From assembly GCA_020635695.1 (NCBI GenBank), contig JACJZH010000003.1:83603-147602 (forward strand): a stretch of DNA of 64,000 bases, in the 5' to 3' direction. Source of the DNA: Flavobacteriales bacterium (GTDB lineage Bacteria > Bacteroidota > Bacteroidia > Flavobacteriales_F > PHOS-HE28). The position numbers and the translations under genes are program-made. Shown here one piece after another: positions 1-7,623 of this stretch. Numbering within the stretch: the stretch's first letter is position 1; the number at the start of each line of letters is the position of its first letter. The notes below the pieces were generated by a model. It was not told the origin of the DNA, did no database searches, and saw only the letters and a program-made list of their open reading frames with translations.

Positions 1-635
1 TAGGCCACCAGCCCCTCCGAACGGAGCGATCCGTCCGGGTGGAATTCACGCTGGCGGAACTGGAGACGCTTCTTGTCCTCGAGCTCGAAGGTGCTGATGG
101 GGGTCCCATCCTGTGCGTAGAGGTTCATCTTCAGGAAGTACGGTTCGGTCTTGTGGCGTTCCTCCTCGTACCGCACACGACCGCTCGCATAATGGTCCGT
201 GTAGGAGACCACCCGGCCATCGTGGTACTTCGCTTCGGAAAGCAGCGTGCCATTGGCGTGGTAGGTGCGCATGAGGCAGCGCACGTTGTCCAGGACCTTG
301 AACTCCCGCTCCAGGGTGCCGTCCGGGTAGTGGTTCCGGTAGATGATCAACCGGCCATCGTCGTAGTATCCCCGGTGCTTCAGCGTGCCATCGGCATAGT
401 GGTCCTCCACCCAGCCGATGCAGGCGTAGCCGTTGCAGTGGCGGATGGAATCCCCACCGAGGTGGTGGTTCAAGGGCTCGTAGGCATCCACCGTGGCCCG
501 CATGTCCACGAGCTCGCCTTCGGCCAGCTCGGCGGCATCATGCGCCAGCAACTCGGTGCCTTGGGCCATGCTCAGCGAAGGGCCCAGCAAGGCCCATGCG
601 AGCAGCCCTTTCCAGGGGGTCTCAGGGAAGTTCAT
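1..635 (-). CDS. MORN-variant (YwqK-like) repeat protein, N-terminal 211 codons; the 3' end lies beyond the left edge
   Basis: Absent from the ORF track because no stop lies in the window. The reverse-strand ATG at 633-635 gives MNFPETPWKGLLAWALLGPSLSMAQG, which looks like a signal peptide. It is followed by ...HYADGTLKHRGYYDDGRLIIYRNHYPDGTLEREFKVLDNVRCLMRTYHANGTLLSEAKYHDGRVVSYTDHYASGRVRYEE..., repeated units of the MORN_2/YwqK type. The listed + ORF 39..740 is its antisense shadow. Confidence 0.6.
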   Translation of the reverse strand, partial: MNFPETPWKGLLAWALLGPSLSMAQGTELLAHDAAELAEGELVDMRATVDAYEPLNHHLGGDSIRHCNGYACIGWVEDHYADGTLKHRGYYDDGRLIIYRNHYPDGTLEREFKVLDNVRCLMRTYHANGTLLSEAKYHDGRVVSYTDHYASGRVRYEEERHKTEPYFLKMNLYAQDGTPISTFELEDKKRLQFRQREFHPDGSLRSEGLVA

Positions 636-2097
636 CCCCCCCTCGTACGTGCTTCGCCGCGGGGGGTTGCACGGGGGTGCGGGCGATCCGCCAGCCAAGC
701 CAGCCTTGGAGCATGGTCATCAGGGGGCTGGCCAGGTTGAAGAAGCAGAAGGGCAGGTAGGTCATGGTGGCCACGCCGAGCACACCGGCCTGGTAGGCGC
801 CGCAGGTGTTCCAGGGCACCAGGGGCGAGGTCACGGTACCGGCATCCTCCAAGGTCCTGCTCAGCACCTTCGGGGCCAGCCCGCGTTCCCGGAACACCGG
901 AGCATACATCCGGCCGGGCACCACGATGGCCAGGTACTGGTCCGAGGCGGTCACGTTCACGAAGGCACAACTGGCCGCCGTGGTGGCGATCAACGAACCG
1001 TCGCCCTTCACCAGCCGCATCACCTCCCGCGTGATGCGCTGCAGCAGTCCTGCGCCCTCCATCGCCCCCCCGAAGGTCATGGCGCACACGATCAGCCAGA
1101 CGGTCTCCAGCATGCCGGCCATGCCTTTGGCGGAGAGCAGTTCGTCCACCAGCGGGGATCCCGTGGCCACTTCCGTGCGGATCACCAGGGCGTTCATGAG
1201 CACGCGGTAGCGTTCACGCCAGCCCGTGCCTGCGCTCAGGCTCTCGAGCAGTTCGCCCTGGAACACGACCGCCACCACCAGGCCCGCCAGCGTGCCGATG
1301 AACAGGGCCGGCAGGGCCGCCATGCGCCGGGCGATGAGCACCACCACCACCACGGGAGGCAGGTAGCAATACCAACCGATGTGGACGTGCTCCCGGATGG
1401 CGGCGACCACCTGGTCCAGTTGTGCCGTGGAAGCCTTGGCCGGACCACCGAACAGACCGATGCCGCCGAACAGCAGCAGCGCGATGCCCATGGAAGGCAG
1501 CGTGGTGTTGAGCATGTAGCGGATGTGACCGAACAGCTCCCCCCCCGCCACCGCAGGCGCCAGGTTGGTGGTGTCGGAGAGCGGGCTCAGCTTGTCCCCG
1601 AAATAGGCACCGGAGATCACGGCACCGGCCACGAGGCCCTCGTTCAGGTCCAGGGCGCGGCCCACGCCGATCAAGGCGATGCCCACGGTGGCCGCCGTGC
1701 TCCAGGAGCTGCCCGTGGCCAGGGACACCACCGCGCACACCAGGCAGGTGGCCACCAGGAACACCCTGGGCGAGAGCAGTTGCACGCCGTGCGCGATCAT
1801 GGCCGGCACTGTGCCGGACAGCAACCAGGCGCCCGTGAGCGAACCGATCAGCAGCAGGATCAGGATCCCCGGCACGGCCGTGGCAATGCTGCGCACCACG
1901 TGGTCGATCAATTCGGAGAAGCGCTCTCCGTTGGCGGCCCCGACCACCAGGGCCACGGCCGCTGCGGCCAACAGCGCGAACTGGTTCGGCCCGCCCAGGC
2001 TGCCATCCCCGAACACCTGCAGGTTCCCGACCAGCAGCAGGATCAACAGGACCAGCGGCAGCAGGGCCTGCCAGAGGCGCGGAGCGGCGGCCGGCAT
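622..2097 (-). CDS. nhaC: Na+/H+ antiporter, NhaC family
   Basis: ORF 622..2238(-). Polytopic membrane protein with NhaC-like stretches (GSSWSTAATVGIALIGVG, DKLSPLSDTTNLAPAV, TSPLVPWNTCGAYQAG). The longest ORF starts at 2238. I prefer the ATG at 2095-2097 (MPAAAPRLWQALLPLVLL...), which sits just before the first TM helix. The stop overlaps the start of the downstream MORN gene by 14 nt. Confidence 0.85.
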   Translation of the reverse strand: MPAAAPRLWQALLPLVLLILLLVGNLQVFGDGSLGGPNQFALLAAAAVALVVGAANGERFSELIDHVVRSIATAVPGILILLLIGSLTGAWLLSGTVPAMIAHGVQLLSPRVFLVATCLVCAVVSLATGSSWSTAATVGIALIGVGRALDLNEGLVAGAVISGAYFGDKLSPLSDTTNLAPAVAGGELFGHIRYMLNTTLPSMGIALLLFGGIGLFGGPAKASTAQLDQVVAAIREHVHIGWYCYLPPVVVVVLIARRMAALPALFIGTLAGLVVAVVFQGELLESLSAGTGWRERYRVLMNALVIRTEVATGSPLVDELLSAKGMAGMLETVWLIVCAMTFGGAMEGAGLLQRITREVMRLVKGDGSLIATTAASCAFVNVTASDQYLAIVVPGRMYAPVFRERGLAPKVLSRTLEDAGTVTSPLVPWNTCGAYQAGVLGVATMTYLPFCFFNLASPLMTMLQGWLGWRIARTPVQPPAAKHVRGGDELP

Positions 2098-2348
2098 GCG
2101 CCCAAGATAGGCGGAGCCCCCGGGTTTGCGATGAAGCATCAATTCCGTTACCTTGCCGCTACCTACACGAAAGATCCTTCCGAAAACCCTGAATCCAAGC
2201 CTCTGCTTCGATCCCAGTACATCCCATAGCGTTACCAAGGCCTCACCCGTATGCCGGTGAGGTTCGTGCGTACCCAGGCCCCGGCCTTACCAACCGTGGA
2301 CCCACCGGCAAGTGGGTCAATTCCTGTTGAACCAACCAAAACCAAAGC

Positions 2349-5300
2349 ATGATGAGACTATTCAAACGAACACTACTGCTATTGTTCTGTAGCTGGTCCC
2401 TGGGCGCGATGGCGCAGCCGGGGAGTACCTGCGGGACCTTTACCAGTAGTCCGGGCCTGGCCATTGTGGATAATGCCACGGTGCAGGACGTGATCACCAC
2501 CGGACCTCAGGGAGGCCAAGTGATCTCCGACCTCAATGTCTATTTGGACATCACTCATACTTGGAATTCAGATGTGACCGTGGAACTGTTGAGTCCCGAA
2601 GGGACCAACATCACCCTGCTTAGCGGAGAGTGTGGCTCCACGGATAACATGGATGTGGAACTGGATGATGAAGCGGTTGACCCCATTGGGACCACCTGTC
2701 CTCCGATCGGAGTGTTCGAGATCCCGTCAACAGCACTCTCCTCCTTCGATGGCGAGGTGTTCGAAGGCGATTGGACGCTGTCGATCAGCGACGGTGCCAC
2801 TGGTGACCCAGGTACCCTGAACACTTGGTGCCTGATCCCGACCCTGGCCGCTCCCCCGAGCTGCACCGATCCGATCGCGACCCCGACCTTGGTCGAGACC
2901 GACTGTGCCACGGGAACCTTTACGGTGGAAGTGGACTTGACCAGCCTTGGCAGCGCCACGAACGTGGACATCACCGAGGACGTGAATGGTGGCGGTGCCA
3001 CCGTGGTCGAGGATGATGTGACCGCGTTGCAGGTCTACGTGCTGGGCCCCTATGCCATCGGCGACGTGGTGGACGTGGCCGTGCTGCACAACGATGACAG
3101 CGCCTGCGACCTGGCACTTGGAACTTTCCAGAGCGCCCTTGTGTGCGGAACCTTGGGCGTCTGCGATCAGAACCTCGCGATCCCGGACAACCAGTGTCCG
3201 ACCACCTTCGATATCTCCTTTGGCGCCACGGCTCCCGGCACGCAGCTGGGAACGGACGTGGTGGTCGGTTCCGTGGACCTGATCATCTCCCACACCTGGC
3301 AGAGCGACCTGGAAGTGAGCCTGACCTCGCCCAACGGTGTGACGGTTCCCTTGTTCACGAACATCGGGAATGGCTCTGACAACTTCGGCGACCCGGGCAA
3401 CTGCCCCGCCGGAGTGCTGACCTTCATCGATGGTGGTGGCGCGTTCCCCGGCGGACTGAACCCGACCGGCCCGATGGCCGCCGAGGGTCTGATGACCGAC
3501 TTCAACGATGGCAGCGACCCCAACGGGACCTGGGTGTTGAGCGTCTGTGACGGTGCCAGCGGAGATTTTGGCGAGGTCGAATACCTCCAGATCAACTTCC
3601 TGACCTGCGTCTCGCCAGCGGCCACACCCACTTTGGTGGAGACCGACTGCGCCACCGGAACGTTCACGGTCGAAGTGGACCTGACCGATCTGGGTAGCGC
3701 CACTGACGTGGACATCACGGAGGACGTGAACGGTGGTGGAGCCACCGTGGTGCATGACGATGTGAGCACCCTTCAGGTGTACGTGATGGGCCCCTACAAC
3801 ATCGGTGATGTGGTGGACGTGGTCGTGGTGCACAACACCGACGGCACCTGTAACGTGGACCTGGGCAGCTTCTCCAGCGGCCTTGGATGCCCCGTGCTCG
3901 GCACTTGCGACCTGAACATCGCGATCCCGGACAACCAGTGTCCGACCACCTTGGACCTCGATTTCGCGGCGACCGCTCCGGGCACCCAACTGGGCACCGA
4001 TGTGTTCCTGGGCTCCGTGGACCTGATCATCTCGCATACGTGGCAGAGCGACGTGGAGGTGAGCCTGACCTCGCCCAACGGCGTGACCGTGCCCTTGTTC
4101 ACGGGCATTGGCAGTAGCGCCGATAACTTCGGCAATCCCTCGAACTGCCCCACGGACGTGCTGACCTTCGTTGATGGAGGCGGTGCCTTCCCCGGTGGAA
4201 CGAACCCGACCGGTCAGATGGGCGCCGAAGGGCTGCTGTCCGACTTCAACGACGGCAGCGACCCCAACGGCGTGTGGGTGCTGAGCTTGTGCGATGGTGC
4301 AGGCGGTGATACCGGTGAGCTCGAGTACCTCCAGCTCAACTTCCTCAACTGCCTGCCTCCGACGGCAACGACCGCGATCGTGACCGATTGTGGCAACGAC
4401 CAGTTCTTCATCGATGTGGACGTTTCCGGCCTCGGTTCCGCCACCACGGTGGACATCACCAGCGACCTGAACGGCACCGAAGCCACCGGTGTTGGCACCG
4501 GCATCACCCAGGTGGGTCCGTACCCGAGCGGTTCCACGGTGAACCTGACCGTGGTGCATGACGCCGACAACAGCTGCGACCTGGCACTGGCCTCGGTGAA
4601 CTTCACCTGCCCGCCGCCGAACGACGATGTGCGTCAACGCCATCCCGGTGGCCTGCAACAGTGTGACTGCCGGTTCCCACGACCGGAGCCACCAACACCG
4701 AAGAGGACAACGGTTGCACCACTTCCGAGCACGGCTCCCGGCGTCTGGTACACACCGGATGGCTATTCCGGCCTGATGACCGCCAGCCTCTGCGGCAGCA
4801 GCTACGACACCAAGATCGGCGTGTTCGACGGCACCGCTGGCTGTGGCGCGTTGGTCTGCGTGGGTGGTAATGATGATGACCTCTTTACTGGCGGTGCAGG
4901 CGTCTGTGGCGGTGGCATTCAGAGCTCCCACCAGTGGAACTCCACGGCGGGCACGCCCTACTACATCTACGTGACCGGTTTTGATCTCGAGGCAGGCAAC
5001 TTCGTGTTGCAGGTGGCCTGCGGCGACCAGAACCCGCCGTGCACCGAGAACACCGTGGAGTTGGAGCTGAACACCGATGCTTCCGGCAGCGAGACCAGCT
5101 GGGAGATCATCCCCGTGGGCATCCCCACCCCGGTCTGCTCCGGCAGCGGTTACTTGGACAACGACCAGGTGTTCGAGACCTGCTGCCTGCCTGACGGTTG
5201 CTACCGCCTGCGCGTGCTGGACAGCTTCGGCGACGGCATGAGCACCGGTGACTACGTGCTGCGTGACGGCAACGGCAACCGCATCATCGACAACACCGGT

Positions 5301-6341
5301 GGTGGCGCCGGCTTCACCTCGGTGAGCGCCATTGCCAACAGCGGGGCCTTCTGCCTGCCGCTGGGCACCGACCAGGTGATCTACAGCCAGTGCGACAAGA
5401 TGGACTTCCTGCTCACCGACTTCCTGATCGCCTCGGAGAACGCCGCGGTGACGGCCGAATTCGGTGTGAACGACGGCAACAGCGGGTACCAGTTCTGGCT
5501 CTTCGACCCCAACGGCAGCTACAGCCGCCGGGTGTTCTTCAGCCACGCCAACCCGATGGTGGGTGCGCCTCCGGGTGCCCTGGCCGCCGCGCACCTGCGC
5601 TTCGGCAACCTGATCACCAACCCGGTGCCGGTGGACCAGATGCTCAACGTGCGCATCCGTGGCCGCGTGAACGGGACCTTCAACGAGTTCGGACCCACCT
5701 GCCAGATCATGGTGGTGTCCACGTTGCCGGCCTGCCCCACCACGCAGCTGATCGACGACCCGAACAACGCGAACTTCTCCTGCGGAGTGACCCGCACCTT
5801 CGGAGGCAGCGACAAGGTGGTGGCCTACCCCGTGGCGGGTGCCAACCTCTACCGCTTCCGCTTCGAGCAGATCGGTGACGCCTTCGCGCGGAACATCACC
5901 TCGCCCACTTCCTCGCGGTTGCTGAACTGGGTCACCAGCCCGCTGGTGCCCGGTGCCAGCTACAACGTGTTCGTGCAGGCCAGCTTCGACGGCGGTGCCA
6001 ACTGGTGCCCCTATGGCGACCCCTGCCAGGTGGACATCGTGAGCCCGCCGGCGGCCTCCCGCCTGGGTGCCGACGACCTGAGCAACGTGAACCTGTGGCC
6101 CAACCCCAACCGGGGCGACCAGTTCCAGCTGACCATCAACGAACTGCCTGAGGAAGCCCTCACGGTGAACGTGGACATCCACGACCTCTTCGGCAAGCGT
6201 GTGGCGGCCCGGACCTACCCCGCACAGGGCGGCATGCTGAACACCGTGGTGGACCTTGACGGTCAACTCGCGGCAGGCATGTACGTGGTGAGCATCACCG
6301 CCGGTGACAAGCTCTTCACTGAGCGCCTGGTGATCGAGTAA
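2349..6341 (+). CDS. Secreted multidomain protein with three proprotein-convertase-type P-domains and a T9SS type-A C-terminal sorting domain
   Basis: ORF 2349..6341(+), 1330 aa. The signal peptide is MMRLFKRTLLLLFCSWSLGAMAQ. P-domain signatures are VISDLNVYLDITHTWNSDVTVELLSPEGT, VGSVDLIISHTWQSDLEVSLTSPNGV and LGSVDLIISHTWQSDVEVSLTSPNGV, each followed by ...DPNGTWVLS.CDGA.GD.G.. The C-terminus NLWPNPNRGDQFQLTI...GMYVVSITAGDKLFTERLVIE is a typical Por/T9SS sorting domain. No protease catalytic domain is present. Confidence 0.85.
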   Translation: MMRLFKRTLLLLFCSWSLGAMAQPGSTCGTFTSSPGLAIVDNATVQDVITTGPQGGQVISDLNVYLDITHTWNSDVTVELLSPEGTNITLLSGECGSTDNMDVELDDEAVDPIGTTCPPIGVFEIPSTALSSFDGEVFEGDWTLSISDGATGDPGTLNTWCLIPTLAAPPSCTDPIATPTLVETDCATGTFTVEVDLTSLGSATNVDITEDVNGGGATVVEDDVTALQVYVLGPYAIGDVVDVAVLHNDDSACDLALGTFQSALVCGTLGVCDQNLAIPDNQCPTTFDISFGATAPGTQLGTDVVVGSVDLIISHTWQSDLEVSLTSPNGVTVPLFTNIGNGSDNFGDPGNCPAGVLTFIDGGGAFPGGLNPTGPMAAEGLMTDFNDGSDPNGTWVLSVCDGASGDFGEVEYLQINFLTCVSPAATPTLVETDCATGTFTVEVDLTDLGSATDVDITEDVNGGGATVVHDDVSTLQVYVMGPYNIGDVVDVVVVHNTDGTCNVDLGSFSSGLGCPVLGTCDLNIAIPDNQCPTTLDLDFAATAPGTQLGTDVFLGSVDLIISHTWQSDVEVSLTSPNGVTVPLFTGIGSSADNFGNPSNCPTDVLTFVDGGGAFPGGTNPTGQMGAEGLLSDFNDGSDPNGVWVLSLCDGAGGDTGELEYLQLNFLNCLPPTATTAIVTDCGNDQFFIDVDVSGLGSATTVDITSDLNGTEATGVGTGITQVGPYPSGSTVNLTVVHDADNSCDLALASVNFTCPPPNDDVRQRHPGGLQQCDCRFPRPEPPTPKRTTVAPLPSTAPGVWYTPDGYSGLMTASLCGSSYDTKIGVFDGTAGCGALVCVGGNDDDLFTGGAGVCGGGIQSSHQWNSTAGTPYYIYVTGFDLEAGNFVLQVACGDQNPPCTENTVELELNTDASGSETSWEIIPVGIPTPVCSGSGYLDNDQVFETCCLPDGCYRLRVLDSFGDGMSTGDYVLRDGNGNRIIDNTGGGAGFTSVSAIANSGAFCLPLGTDQVIYSQCDKMDFLLTDFLIASENAAVTAEFGVNDGNSGYQFWLFDPNGSYSRRVFFSHANPMVGAPPGALAAAHLRFGNLITNPVPVDQMLNVRIRGRVNGTFNEFGPTCQIMVVSTLPACPTTQLIDDPNNANFSCGVTRTFGGSDKVVAYPVAGANLYRFRFEQIGDAFARNITSPTSSRLLNWVTSPLVPGASYNVFVQASFDGGANWCPYGDPCQVDIVSPPAASRLGADDLSNVNLWPNPNRGDQFQLTINELPEEALTVNVDIHDLFGKRVAARTYPAQGGMLNTVVDLDGQLAAGMYVVSITAGDKLFTERLVIE
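2861..4620 (+). repeat. Intragenic tandem duplication, 744-bp (248-aa) module: two full copies plus a truncated, diverged third
   Basis: Module starts (codon CTGC...) lie at 2861, 3605 and 4349, so the period is exactly 744 bp. Copies 1 and 2 align along their whole length (PTLVETDCATGTFTVEVDLT.LGSAT.VDITEDVNGGGATVV ... P-domain ... EYLQ.NFL.C) with scattered substitutions. Copy 3 keeps only the first sub-domain. Confidence 0.85.
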
Positions 6342-6363
6342 GCCCGATCGACCCTTGAACGCG

Positions 6364-6391
6364 AAAGCCCCGGCCAGTCGGCCGGGGCTTT
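6364..6391. terminator. Bidirectional hairpin terminator between convergent genes
   Basis: aaagccccggcc (6364-6375), loop agtc, ggccggggcttt (6380-6391). This is a perfect 12-bp GC-rich stem with A/T flanks on both sides. It lies between the stop at 6341(+) and the stop at 6405(-). Confidence 0.7.
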
Positions 6392-6404
6392 TCGTTGGGT
6401 CCTT

Positions 6405-7619
6405 TCAGGGGTAGAGCAGGTAGCCCTCCCGCAGCTTGCGGAACGCGTCCAGATCATGCTGCCAGGAGGCCCGGATGCGCTTCTCATCCCAACCGGCCTG
6501 GAGCTGCTGGCGCAACACCGGCCCACCGGCAAGCTTGTCGAAGAACGGTGTGAAGAACTCCGCCTGGTCCGGGGCCTCCTCGTACATGCCGATCAACCAC
6601 TGGGGATACAGGGCGCCCCGCAGCCTGGGATAGAACTCCCCGAACTCGCGCAGGTCCAGTCCGCGGCATTCCCGGCCTTCGTAAGGGGGGGCCTGTGCCC
6701 CGGGCTTCGGCTCCGGCGTGAAGCGGAAGCTCCCCACCGGGTTGCCCGGATACCCGATGCACTGGAACGGCTGATCCGTACCGCGACCCACGCTCACCAC
6801 CGTGCCCTCGAACAAGCCGAGTGAAGGGTACAGGTACACGGCGGCCATGTTCGGCAGGTTCGGAGAAGGGCGCACCGGCAGCTCATAGAGCCCGGCATGG
6901 GTGTAGCCCTCGCAGGGCACCACCGTGAGCATGCAGGTGTCCCCATGCGCCAGCCAGCCTTCGCCGTTCAGCATGCGGGCGTACTCCCCGATGGTGAGGC
7001 CGTGCACCAAGGGAACGGGATGCATGCCCACGAAGGACCGGTGGGCCGTGTCCAGCACGGGCCCGTCCACATAGAACCCGTTGGGGTTCGGGCGGTCCAG
7101 CACGACCAGCCGGACCTCGTTCGCCGCGCAGGCCTCCATCACATAGTGCAGGGTGCTCGTGTAGGTGTAGAAGCGCACGCCCACGTCCTGGATGTCGAAC
7201 AGGACCACGTCCACCCCGGCCATCTGCGCCGTGGTGGGCTTCTTGTTGCGGCCATAGAGCGACACGATCGGCAGGCCCGTGCGCACATCGCGTTCGTCCT
7301 GCACGTGGGCACCGGCATCGGCCTCCCCCCGGAAACCGTGCTCGGGGGCGAACACCCGTACCACTCTCACCCCGCGGGCCAGCAGGGTGTCCACCAGATG
7401 GGTGCCAGCCACGAGGCCTGTCTGGTTGCTCACCACGGCCACGCCCAGGCCGTCCAGCATGGGCAGGTACTCCTCCATGCGCTCGGCGCCCACGCGGATG
7501 TGCTCGTTGGCGAACCCGGACATGGCCTTCACCGGCAGCGGCTCCGATCCCTGCTGCGCAGGCGAACAGGAAACGGCCGCCATCAGCGCCAGGCAGGCGG
7601 CTAACTTCGTCGCGGTCAT
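6405..7619 (-). CDS. DUF1343 family protein (family of the exo-beta-N-acetylmuramidase NamZ/YbbC), probable lipoprotein
   Basis: ORF 6405..7760(-). The body has VVSNQTGL, RVFAPEHGFRGEADAG, PIVSLYG, DVVLFDIQDVGVRFYTY and LDRPNPNGFYVDGP, which match my recollection of DUF1343. The preferred start is the ATG at 7617-7619 (MTATKLAACLALMAAVSCSP, a lipoprotein-like signal); the ATG at 7623-7625 is also possible. The upstream 47 codons of the longest ORF look non-coding. Confidence 0.8.
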   Translation of the reverse strand: MTATKLAACLALMAAVSCSPAQQGSEPLPVKAMSGFANEHIRVGAERMEEYLPMLDGLGVAVVSNQTGLVAGTHLVDTLLARGVRVVRVFAPEHGFRGEADAGAHVQDERDVRTGLPIVSLYGRNKKPTTAQMAGVDVVLFDIQDVGVRFYTYTSTLHYVMEACAANEVRLVVLDRPNPNGFYVDGPVLDTAHRSFVGMHPVPLVHGLTIGEYARMLNGEGWLAHGDTCMLTVVPCEGYTHAGLYELPVRPSPNLPNMAAVYLYPSLGLFEGTVVSVGRGTDQPFQCIGYPGNPVGSFRFTPEPKPGAQAPPYEGRECRGLDLREFGEFYPRLRGALYPQWLIGMYEEAPDQAEFFTPFFDKLAGGPVLRQQLQAGWDEKRIRASWQHDLDAFRKLREGYLLYP

Positions 7620-7623
7620 CGGC

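Noticed and set aside
1-635. A YwqK-like gene, often auto-annotated as an antitoxin, as a hint of a toxin-antitoxin module
   Set aside because: The protein has an N-terminal signal-peptide-like segment and is a generic MORN-variant repeat protein. The upstream neighbour is an NhaC antiporter, and no toxin-like partner is visible in the window.
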